A stretch of DNA of 64,000 bases from assembly GCA_002633005.1 (NCBI GenBank), contig NMRA01000469.1, positions 173,573 to 237,572 on the forward strand, written 5' to 3'. Positions 1-56,580 of this stretch are shown piece after piece. The stretch comes from Phoronis australis. Lineage: Eukaryota > Animalia > Phoronida. The position numbers and the translations under genes are program-made. Every line of letters starts with the position of its first letter. Position 1 is the stretch's first letter. The notes beneath the pieces are model-generated. The model saw only the letters and a program-made list of their open reading frames with translations. It ran no database searches and had not been told where the DNA came from.

Positions 1-2133
1 TTCGGTGTTCAGTGCGGTATTATTGTTCGTTTTAAATCAGTTTTGGTTGGTACCTCGAATATCTAGTCTAGCTCATTTTTTGGGGTCTTTGTAAGGCCCC
101 CAGGGGTCACACCCAGAGTGCAGACAACGGCAGACGTCCATTTCTGTACATACCGAGGTGGACTTTAAATGCTCCCGTGGTCAGATGTTGGTACCTCGTT
201 CATCTATGCTAAGTGCTCTGGGCTGCCGGTCTAAGACCAAGAAAAAGAGAGACTACTTGAGCAGACTGACGAGTAATGAGTTAAGGGAGTTCACCTGTAT
301 TAAGTTTTTGATCTTGGGGAAATTAAACGTAGTGTATTTGTGAATGTTAAGCGTGCTCCATCAAATAAAAGAACTTTCCACTATGCTATGAAACTAAAAT
401 CAACTTATTCCTTGCTTTAGGTGACAAGTTATTTCTGGGCTTGGAAATAATTGACGGGAGGTATTACAAGATACCACGCTTGGCACATAATTTAAGTTGC
501 CATCGTGAAATAACTGACGGGTGGTATTACAAGAGACCACGCTTGGCACATAAAATGGCCGTCGTGATGAGCTAACTTGTAGAGCATGATCTCGAGTAAT
601 AACGAATTTCAAGGACCAGAAATAACCTCTAACTTGACTCGGAAATAGTTAGCAACACTAATAGAGTCCAAGTCCAAATATTGTTTCTGTGATGAAAGGT
701 TGATTCACGTTTTGGATTATACTGTTCTGTTATTTATCCAGAGATGATGGCCAGTGACAACTCCATAAAAACGAATCTAGTGAAGTAGCCGGAATGTTTA
801 CTTTTCCACCAAGGTTCTCAGTGCGACAGTACAAAATACTTTAGGGTGTTTACTGAACTGAAGACAATGTTAACTACTTAAACCTGTCAGCAATGCTGTC
901 AAAAAACGCTAGAATGGTGAAAACACGAAATGGAATTAGATAACATCAAAATCAACTAGAAAAAATCAGGAACCCTAACTCACAATATTGAAAAACATCA
1001 AAATGTATTGCAGACATACAGAAACTAACAAATATGACACTTGAAATAAGCATTTACATTCATTTAACCTTAGAATGAAAGGTTGACCGAACATTTATTA
1101 ATGGAGTCCTTGCAAAATACTAGTTGACATGTCTGCTACTGTAGCACGCAAAAGAAATCTTTATTTTTTTTCAATACATATAATAAATACAATTTTTACC
1201 AAATTCAAAAACAAATGCCTGTTTGGATAACGGTTACAAATGCTGCAGTTTGTTCAGACAACCAAATTTATGTACAAGCAAATGAATAACTGTAGTACAA
1301 AATTTTCCTCTTATTGAGGAATTACTGGATCACAAACCTTGGCTTTAATAATAAAGTTTTCACAATAAACTTTTCATGATCTACACATAAAACATTAATA
1401 ATCTGTTAAACGTCTTGTTCAACAGGACTCTCATAACTGACCACACGTGGCCATATTGCAGCACAATAATTCCTAACATAATCACAGAATCTTTGCTGAC
1501 ATTCATTTAAGTATGTACATATTTACAGACTAGGAAAGTATGTCATTTGATGTAACATGTAATTGGGTCTATAATGACTCCAGAAGAGGTTGTTCTAGGT
1601 TGAACTTGTACTTACAGAAAGGGGAAAGAAATTTGTTGCCAGTTTTGATATAAGTACAGTCCCACATTAGCAAACGCCTTATAAATGGTTTGCTTGACAG
1701 TTCTATGGTTAATATGTACACTGTATGTGCACAATAATGTCTATGAATGTCAAGTAATAATAGTGTCAGTCTAGAGACATTCTATGTACACACACATGCC
1801 TGTACGCACACAAATATGTACAACAATCCAATAAGAAACTGATTGCAGAAAAAAAATTTGAGTGTGACCAAAGTAGGCACACTAAACAATGGAAAACAAT
1901 AGAAAGATATTGAACTCCTCAAAATACACCATCGAGTATCCCTGGGTACCCACAAACACTGACTGTACAGAGATGTGATGTTTAACAGGATCATTTCTTG
2001 AGCCAAACACCAAAGTGCTACATTTTCACCCAGAGAATCATATAGGATCGGTGTCTTAACTATTGAATAGCACATCCCAGCGTTCATCCATGGACAAATA
2101 TTGGCATCCAGACCCCTAAACATGCGTAGATGT

Positions 2134-22880
<20,747 letters not shown>

Positions 22881-23671
22881 GTTGAAATCTTAGTCCGTCG
22901 TGTCAAAGACACCTATTTTCATTTCTAAAATTAGCATATATTACTTTCCATAAGAACTTTGTTGCCAATTAAATTTTTTTACAAAGATTTTTCAAATTTA
23001 TTATTTGGAGATTTGTATATTATTTTATTTGAAATAACAACAAAATGGAAATCCATACAAATAAGTAAAAAGTTATTACGTTTTGTACTTTTATCGGCAG
23101 GTGTCACTGCTGAGCAAGTATATTTGACATGCTCTGCCGTCTGCTGAATATGTTGGACTTCATTCGGCAAGATTGACGTTGTAAATTATGATAACGTTGA
23201 CTTTTAATAAGGTTTGACATCGTCAGATGTGATCTGCTATCTGGTTCCGTTTGGATTCATTTGATTTGTCTCTGCTGTCCAATATCCAATAACCTCGGAA
23301 TCCACTTGGCATAACTTTAAAAGTCAGCGAGTTGATGACCGAGTCAACTAATGGTTGTTTTTCTGAGCCTATTTCACAATCACAGATGTTGCTGTAGTGG
23401 AGGCGAGACTGAAGGCGATCTGAGATCGCATTACACTGACTTTGGGATCTAAATCTCATAACATTACTTCATTAGGAAAAAAAATGTCAGGTTATAATTA
23501 GGGATGACTCACACTTCCTAGACAGATATTGAATATTTACAGGATCAGAGTGACAGGCAAATGCCTATGGTACCAGAGTGACAGACATATGGTATCAGAG
23601 AAGATCTTGTTCAAGTAACGAAAAAGTTTTGTGTATTTGACCTTGGGAATATCCTGTGAACCGAAAGCGAA
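22881..23671. promoter_or_regulatory. Putative bidirectional promoter and 5' UTRs between the two mannosidase genes
   Basis: 791 bp between divergent ATGs, with no repeats recognised. CCAAT at 23286; palindromes at 23215-23225, 23336-23346 and 23415-23429. TSSs cannot be determined. Confidence 0.6.
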
Positions 23672-47779
<24,108 letters not shown>

Positions 47780-47919
47780 AAATTTTCATGGATTATATTT
47801 TGAATATCTAGTCACAAATATTCTGCAGAAGGAGGCCATTGCGTTGCAACAATCTTTTAATATTTCGAAAAATCTCTTTCGCATTATATCCAGGTATCCA
47901 GCTTCTTATTCACTCCCTT

Positions 47920-48044
47920 GCGTATGTTCACGAGTAAGACCGAGCTCAAGGACATCTTTGTGCGTCTGCCCGTAACGCCAGGATTGGAACCCGAGTCTCC
48001 CAAGCGGGAGTCTGTAGCTCAAACCACCGAGCCACAATGTCTCC
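47920..48044 (-). mobile_element. tRNA-derived SINE-like head just 3' of the gene B stop
   Basis: Minus strand GGAGACATTGTGGCTCGGTGG (A box) ... GGGTTCCAATCC (B box). Confidence 0.55.
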
Positions 48045-48085
48045 TTTTGTAACAATCACTAGAATGTGTTTATTTAGGTTGCATT

Positions 48086-48171
48086 GGTTCGCACACTGTA
48101 CTGTACTTATTTAGTGTCAGCAAGCCTTTGGTTGGCACACTGTACTGTACTTATTTAGTGTCAGCAAGCCT
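48086..48171. repeat. ~44-bp direct duplication
   Basis: GCACACTGTACTGTACTTATTTAGTGTCAGCAAGCCT, twice. Confidence 0.85.
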
Positions 48172-49455
48172 CGATTTGGCAACCTACAGCTCACTAATGC
48201 AACCTCAGATTTTGTTAGGCAATCTAAAAATTCTAAGTTCCACGAAGTCGCTTGATGTTTGCCAGTTCCTACCAAGTCAGAAGTCAGACAAATACAAACT
48301 GTACTGTAATTTTCTTAGAAATTTCTGGTTTCTTCCAAATGTTTAAAAATTAAAAATGTTTATCAAATACAATTGCCTGTGGTTCAGAATATTTTTCTAC
48401 TCAGTCTGTGAAGCCAGCACATGTGCCACCCTCAGTACAAGTGCCATGAGCATGTAACCAAACTACAACAGGAAGTAAACCTATGGGGAGCCATGTTTTG
48501 ACATGATTTATTCCTAGGTTTCTGTCTGACTAGAAAAAAACAAAGCTGGGTTTCCTTGTTTTGGTCACAAGCGTCCTCAGCTTCCGGTTTTGGTGAGCTA
48601 ATTTACCCTCTGGTGACCCTTTGGTGAGTTGACATTATATTAAGCATTGAACCCTACTCAGGAATCCCTGATGGTGGTGACTATCAGTAGTGTTATATGC
48701 TGAGTATTAAGTGGGATATTCATGCGATAATTAAAGTAGGCTTTTTATAGTTCATGATAATGTTAAGCAAGTAAAATTTCTAATTCTACAAACTTTTTTG
48801 TTGTGCACCACTACAAAAAAGTAAGTGATATTTTACCTGCTCTTCTTGTAACATGCTGACCAACCTCTTTATTAAGTGGGATTCTTCATGCAAAATCCTA
48901 CTAACCACCTTATTTCTAGTTTGTTGCAGTTTCGTAGCTATTTTCAAGAGGTGCTAACTTGTCTACCTGCTCAGGTTCATCCATCCTGACACACTCATTT
49001 GAGTTGATGTGATGGCACACAATTTGGTGTGTCAGTAGGGAAGTCCTTGTGGAAACTTCTGGACATTTGTTGGAATCAAATGAGAGTTGTCATTAATTTA
49101 TGTTATGGTGTGTATGCATAAGTTATTGAACTTATGACGAGAGACATAAATGTGCTCTATTCTGTTGTTAATGTATTTAAATTTATTTAGATTCTAGGTT
49201 AAGAATTATTTGTGAAGCTGCTAGACCATGTTATTATGAAACTAGTATTGACTTGTGGGTCACACATATAGCAGCCCAAGTTGTATTTAGGGTTTGAGCC
49301 TGTATGTCCATTTTGAACTTTTTAGCTTTCCAAGTGCCCTAACAAGAGCCAAGCATGTACAATAGCAGCAGACAGTAAATAATCAGTCCTTGATCTAACT
49401 TTTTCCTAAGGCATATTACAATATGCTTTCTGAACTTAGCGAGAACTTGCATTTC

Positions 49456-49848
49456 AAACTATTGCTTTGAACTAGGCTCAGTGCCCTGAGCTGCTTTGTC
49501 AAGCCAATTTGTTCAATCAGCTCTCAAGCAATAACAAACTATTGCTTTGAACTACGCTCAGCGCTCTGAGTTGCTCTACCAAGCCAACTTGTTCAATCAG
49601 CTCTCAAGCAGTAACAAACTATTGCTTTGAACTATGCGCAGCGCCCTGACTTTCTTTATCAAGCCAATTTGTTGAATCAGCTCTCAAGCAGTAACAAACT
49701 ATTGCTTTGAACTACGCTCAGCACCCTGAGTTGCTCTATCAAGCCAACTTGTTCAATTCGCTCTCAAGCAGTAACAAACTATTGCTTTTTACTACGCCGA
49801 GCACCCTGAATTGCTCTACCAAGCCAACTTGTTCAAGCAGTAACAAAT
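49456..49848. repeat. ~80-bp tandem repeat, ~5 copies
   Basis: AAACTATTGCTTTGAACTA...AAGCCAA.TTGTTCAATCAGCTCTCAAGCAGTAAC. Confidence 0.9.
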
Positions 49849-51671
49849 TGCGCATTCTTCCTTCATCTCTGATTTTAGATACTATGCTTGATGTACTGTT
49901 TTCTAAAACAGTGACTCACCTTTGCAAGAAAAGGCTACAAGATATGACGCGTAAGATTTTCATGAAAAAAATCGAAAGTTACATATCAAACTAAAATGAA
50001 ATTTTAGACAATTGTAGCATGGTTGTTAAGATTTCCTCTTGAACTACTTGTTAATAAGGGTTTACATGAGCTTAAAATCGCTTGTTGATTTGGCACCCAT
50101 CAGAAGAAATTCAGGTTCTGAAATGAGACGAGTCAATGTCTAGTTTTTGATATTTTACTTGGATAATTTATGTAGAGTGGAACTCAAAGCCATCCTTTTG
50201 GCTTCAACAGCTGAACCGTGGCTAACTTGTTCTATTTAGTATTAATTTAAAACTTTGTTGCAGTTGATTTAAGTGTGTCCCTGTATAAAAAATGTTTGTT
50301 AGGACAATTTATTCTTGTTGACTGGATTTGATAGAGACAGCATACCATTCAAAATTCTGATTGACTGAGCTGCATTTCAACATAATTTTGTGGCTTCAGT
50401 AGATGAGAATTGAATATTGTGAAATATCTCTCATGTTCTAACACAACTTTGTTACTTTGTTCGTTGTTGTGATCATTAAAGGTTCATTTGGTAAGTTATG
50501 GAGAAATAGTTATTCTGTAGTTGTTCGGCATGGCAAGACTAGTTGGCTAGCTGATAGATAACCTAACCATGCGCCAGAATTCCCTACCTGTTTTTGGTCA
50601 CTGTAACATTAGTGGTACTGGGGAACCTAAAGCTTGATGTTTAATATCTTTAGTTGTCATACCTATCCTGTGTGTACTTCTACTATGAATCACTCATTCA
50701 GTTTGAATCAAGTAGGTCCATCAGAACAAGTGCACCTGTATTCTAGTCGACAGCTTTCTGTCCTCCATATGCTCAAGTGTGGAAAAGAGTGACCTTTTTT
50801 AATCAACACCACTCAGTGATTTTCAAGTGCCCCATGCAGAAACTGTCCAAGAGAGCACATGGTCACATACTGAACAGACTGTCATGAAATGATGTAATTA
50901 GATAATGAAAGTGCTTAACTTTGGTCTTTTTATTGCAGTCAAAGGATAATTCACAAACCATATTTTTTAGACTTTACTACACACCCATTTAATTAGTTAA
51001 TAGGGAAATTGAAATTGACTTGGCAGCAATAATGAAATAAGGGCATGCATTTAGCTCAGGAGGGACCTTCGCCTGCGCTCAATGTATTCAGTTATGTTAA
51101 AAGATTTCTTCATGATCACCTCCTGTAAGAACATAGTAGCCAATTCTTGACTCGTTTCTATCCGATTTTCTACTCCACGACTTCTTGAGCCTGGAAACAT
51201 GCCGACAATGAAAGATGTGCTGTTTGCCCAGAACTTGCCACATGACACTGTGTGCTGTTCTGTAGGTAAACACTTGTAGTGTTCACTGAAAGGCCAAACA
51301 GGACACTCTTAAGTCTAACTTCTAATTACACCAGATGACATGTATTCTTTGTGCTAGCAATGTTAGTTTTATTATTAAGAGAGGAAATATTAAATTGTGG
51401 TTTAAGAACATTTAGTATACCATCCATTTTGTTTGAGTGGATTTCATGGCAGCTAGCAAATTACATGAAGTGTTTTTGGAGTGATCCACAAAACCAAAAG
51501 ATGAGTGACAAGTTGTTCAAGTATTTTACAGTGTGATCCCTTCCTGTACAGTGTAGCACAGCCATCATGAAATGACAATATAGTAGTGCATACATTAGGT
51601 CACATGGTATAGAACTAGCTAAGAAACAGCGAAGTGGTTATCCCATAAAACTTTTCCATTCATGCAAGCTT

Positions 51672-54600
51672 AACAAGAACAAGAGTAAAGCGGAGCATTG
51701 AAATGCTCCCACGAATGCACCACTAACGGTGTGCTTCTAGGGGTGTTTATTTGGAACATAAAAATGGCCACTAGGTGGCGCAAAATTCGTCGAATCCATC
51801 CAAAAACTTGTATGTGTCATCAAAGCTAATTACCAAATTTCATAAAAATCCGCCAAGGAACTTCTGAGAAACAGAGGAAAACGAAAAAATGAAATTGCTC
51901 TAGGCAAAAAAACATAACTGCCACTAAGAGGCGCCACAGTAGATAAAGTCGGAAAAGTCTTCAGACTTCCTCTTCACATTAGGAAGACACCAATTTCCAC
52001 AACCATCCGTAGAGTGATTTGGTTGACAGAGGGGCAGACGCCAAATACCAAGACTTGAAAGCAGTAAAAATGGCCACAAGGTGGCACAAAATACCACGAA
52101 TCAACCCGAAGTCTGGAGGATGGCATCAACTCACAGATACCTGTCTGCCAAATTTTATGAAAATCCGTTGAGGACCTTTGAAGAAAGAGGTAAAATTGAA
52201 ATACTAAAATTGCCACTAGGAGGCACACTGGTAGTCAGATCCATCCGAAAGTCATCGTCATTTGTTGTCTGTTTCTGTTTCTGTGATGACGTCAGAGGGT
52301 AAGCACCGGGATAGTCTCTGGCCCTCCTCCTTCCAGTATCGCACGCAATGTAAATTTGGAGATGCAACCAAGTTCGTTCTGGTTACAAACTATTCGATCT
52401 TTTCCCCTGATACGAGNNNNNNNNNNNNNNNNNNNNNNNNNNNNNNNNNNNNNNNNNNNNNNNNNNNNNNNNNNNNNNNNNNNNNNNNNNNNNNNNNNNN
52501 NNNNNNNNNNNNNNNNNNNNNNNNNNNNNNNNNNNNNNNNNNNNNNNNNNNNNNNNNNNNNNNNNNNNNNNNNNNNNNNNNNNNNNNNNNNNNNNNNNNN
52601 NNNNNNNNNNNNNNNNNNNNNNNNNNNNNNNNNNNNNNNNNNNNNNNNNNNNNNNNNNNNNNNNNNNNNNNNNNNNNNNNNNNNNNNNNNNNNNNNNNNN
52701 NNNNNNNNNNNNNNNNNNNNNNNNNNNNNNNNNNNNNNNNNNNNNNNNNNNNNNNNNNNNNNNNNNNNNNNNNNNNNNNNNNNNNNNNNNNNNNNNNNNN
52801 NNNNNNNNNNNNNNNNNNNNNNNNNNNNNNNNNNNNNNNNNNNNNNNNNNNNNNNNNNNNNNNNNNNNNNNNNNNNNNNNNNNNNNNNNNNNNNNNNNNN
52901 NNNNNNNNNNNNNNNNNNNNNNNNNNNNNNNNNNNNNNNNNNNNNNNNNNNNNNNNNNNNNNNNGCCAATGACGGCCTCCAATCTCCATTGTGTTGAATG
53001 ACAAAGTTTGTGGCTTTGGACCACTCTATCCTGTTGATGTTCTCCACTGGACATACCTCTTCGACAAGCTCCCTAGCTCCGATAACCCATGATTGAACAG
53101 TTTTCAGCCTCTATGCAGTGTGCTCATCACTATGCTCTCTCAAGTCCAGGTACAGAGGATGAAAGTTGGTTGTAGCTGCCTTTAGAAATGCTTGGGTTGC
53201 TAGTGTTTTCTGTTTAGTACGGATGCTATTGATACCTAACCAGTATTGGAGACTGTCTACTGGAGTAGGTCTAGCTGCACTGGTTACTATCCTCATGGCC
53301 TGGTTTTGAATCCTCTGTAGTTTGGTCATTGACTGTTGGGAGGCACATAGGCACAGATGGAGCCCATACTCAGTTCTTGCGCCGACAGTTGCATTCATGA
53401 GCTGCACCAGGCTCTTTTGTTGGATCTGCTGGGCTGCTGCATATCTCAACAGTGACAAGCTCTTGGCACCTTTCTCAGCTAGGAATTCGACAAGGGAATT
53501 CATCGTCATTCTTTGATCCATCTTAATTCCTAGATAGGTAACTTCAGCGACTTGAGGTATCAAGGCTCCCATATATCCTAGGGTGAACATCTTTGGGTTG
53601 AAATAACCCCGTGAGGCTAACATCCATTTCCCTTTATCTGGTTGGATGGACATCTTGTTGTCTGTGGTCCAATCGGCCACACCATCACTTGCTGATTGCA
53701 GGCCCTCCACGGCATGTCTTGCAGTGTTCACCTCATTGGCGACTATCAAGTCATCAACATAGCTGTATGGTGAAGCCCCACCTACACTTGCTGCTTGTAT
53801 GAGATCTGCTGTGTAGACGTTAAATAGCACTGAGCTGAGAGGGAACCCTTGCAGGAGGCCTGAGCTTGCTTCAAAGATGCTTGACTTCCACTTTCCGAAT
53901 TTGAGTATCCAGCAAGACTAGAATCCAACGGATCATCATATCGGACACCTCCATTTGTCTGAGTTTGTTGGCAAGAATACCCACATCCACTTGAAGGCAT
54001 CTTCCAGATCGAAGAGAGCAATTGCAGTGTGTTGCGAAACCTGCATTCCCTGCTGAATTTCGTGCAGTATCGCTTCAACGTTGGAGACAGTGGATCTTCT
54101 TGGTCTAGCTCCTCCAACTCTCGGTGATAGACAGCCACGTCTCTGTAGGTCATATGCTAGTCGCTGCGCTACAATTTTTTCCGTAATTTTTGCCCAGGTG
54201 TTCGCCATGGTGATGATTCTGTATCCCTTCAGTTTTCTATGGTCTTTCATCAGCTTTGGAAGAACCACCATGCTGCAGTCTCTAAGGTCCTTTGTCCATG
54301 GTTCCATCAACAAGTGAACTGTTTATGATCTGAAGGAGCTGGCTCTTCTCCTCTGGGCTCATGCTTTTCGGGTTAGAGTATTTAACTCCATCCGGCCCGG
54401 GAGCCAAGTCTTTACTTATCGAACGTAGGGTTGCATCTAGTTCTTCAAGTGAGACTGGTTGCTCATTGTTTTGATCATTCTCCTCGATATGCTGGTTCAC
54501 TGTGCGTAATGCTTGCTGGACAATGTCAGGGCCATCTGGCTGCAGTTAATTCTGGCATCTTAAAAGGAAGGTTTCGCCTTTTTCCTGGTCTGTAGCAAGC

Positions 54601-55729
54601 GTCTTACCATTAGGTCCCTGGATAAGTTGAGGTGCAGATCCTACTCCGGTTGAGATTCTTTTCATTTCCTTAGCCAGATTCCAGAATTTGCTGATAATTG
54701 ATGGGTCTCCGGGGTCAGAACTCTGACAGAAATTATCCCAAAGCATCTGTTTGTTCTTCAGTGCAACAGCCTGATAGTTAGCAACAGCATCGCCGAAGGC
54801 CTTGTGTCGCTCACAGATTTCTTCCTTCTACACCCCTTGCCTCTTGGTTGAGGTATACTCTTTGCTCCTTTGCATCTTACTACTCCAGGCATTGTTCACT
54901 TCCTCCATCTACCATTTAGGTTTGCGCCTTGGATTATTGGTTTTGCGCTTAGCTCTGGCCTCCTCCAGCCTTTTACTCACCTGCTGAACGACCGATTTCC
55001 CCCTTGTCTTTTACTTGAACCCAGGAGGGTTCTTTGAGGGGACTGGGTCCCCTGCTTCATTAATGTGAATAAGAGCTGGTCTGTGATCACTGCCCATGAG
55101 GGGAAGAAACTTCCAGTCAAGTTCAAGGACTACCGCAGAAGTGGCTAGAGTCGGGTCAACACATGAATCAGAATCTCCATCTCGTTCTGCTACTCTGGTA
55201 GGTGAATCGTTGTTTAGGATGATGCAGTCCAGATTGGGTAAAGGACTTACCATTAATATTGGTGGTGGTATCTTTCCATGACGGACTACGTGCGTTGAAG
55301 ACCCGTGAGATTATAAATTTGGGTCCCATACCATTTGTTGTCAAGCTCGTATAAATACACTTACTAAATTTAATAAAGATCGATCATCCTGCAAAGGGTT
55401 TCGGAGAAACAGCCATAGGCGTAAAAAACTGACATTACGAGATGCCTCAGCTATTGAGGTCGTCAGAACATCGGCAGCCCACTTCTTCACATTAGGAACA
55501 TATATGCCAATTTCCACAATCATCCTTTGACTGGTTTGACTGACAGAGGGGCAGGTGCCAAAAACAGTAAAAATGACCACAAGGTGGCGCAAAATGCTTC
55601 AAATTTAACTGAAACCGAATGATAGCATCACCTCACTAATAGATAACTGCCAAATGTTATGAAAATCCAATGACAATCTTTTAAGACACAGAGATAAATG
55701 TAAAAAACATATGTGGACACATAATAAAA
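51672..55729 (+). mobile_element. HINE-like repeat, same family, interrupted by the LINE
   Basis: 51672-52269 and 55343-55729 rejoin across the TSD into a unit matching 12570-12660 and 13020-13100. Confidence 0.68.
52270..55331 (-). mobile_element. 5'-truncated, frameshifted non-LTR retrotransposon (LINE ORF2: end of APE domain plus RT); spans an assembly gap
   Basis: Fragments GSDHRP, APGPDG, YRIITMANTWAKITEK, ALFDLEDAF, QGFPLS..LFNVY, YVDDL, YLGI. TSD CATTTGTTGTC at 52259-52269 and 55332-55342; short (ACAGAA)n 3' tail. Confidence 0.9.
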
Positions 55730-56378
55730 TGCATTCATGTTTGGATAATTTTTGAAAGTGAACCTAAAGACGGGGAAATTTCAGCATAACTTTTTGTAAA
55801 CCTCAAAGTATTCTATCCTGAACGTACAATGGGCAAATTATAACTATTTCCAAGAATAACACTAACAAATGCTTCGTTGCTAGATTGCATGGTTGATACC
55901 AGACAGCTATCGTAAAATATGCAACTTTTGAATTATTCGTTGTATTGTATTTGAAATTAGTTTTGTATAAAAAATATTGGACATTTCTTTTGACAGGACT
56001 TTTGACATGACAAGGACGAGTAACTTGATTCCAATATTGAATGTGGAATAAAATTTCAGTGTGGAAGAATACAATGTCTGACTATTAACAACACATCAAG
56101 AACAGTTATTCATTTAATATATTTTACGAAGTTATCAGTTACATTTTGTCTCCACAATATTAAATGTTTATAACAGAACTGGCACTTTTTTCACTGGGGT
56201 GTAAAGATAGACTAAAGTTAATTTGAGACAGTTGGCCACATCACAGCTGTTGACAAAAACAACGATAATAAAATAAATAAAACATTGATGAGACAATTAG
56301 AAATTGATTCAGTCAAATTAAACTTAACAATTACGTAGCTAAAACTAACAGCTGCACTTTTGCACAAAAAGGGTGTCC

Positions 56379-56580
56379 TTAAACAGTGTGAGGCTTTCGT
56401 ATGAAGCGCAGAACGAAATATCCTGCTGACCTGAAGACAAAGATAAATCCATAGAGGACTAAAATGAATGCCCACACAGGCCACTCAATAGACTGCAGGG
56501 CAACAATGTTTCTTGAATCAAAGTGTGTAGCATTTGGCAGGCGACACTCATCAAAGTCTGTGACATTACTCCCAGCACAC
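56379..56580 (-). CDS. ABCG: ABCG last coding exon
   Basis: CAGSNVTDFDECRLP...WAFILVLYGFIFVFRSAGYFVLRFIRKPHTV*. Confidence 0.88.

Noticed and set aside
23286-23306. ER stress element (CCAAT-N9-CCACG)
   Set aside because: The spacer is 11 nt and the second half is CCACT.
47920-48044. Functional tRNA genes at A/B-box sites (also 43690, 56707, 19860-20557)
   Set aside because: No convincing acceptor stem or cloverleaf by eye; better explained as SINE-like heads.
52262-53054. Long ORFs of X residues (also 37811-38374)
   Set aside because: Artefacts of N gaps.
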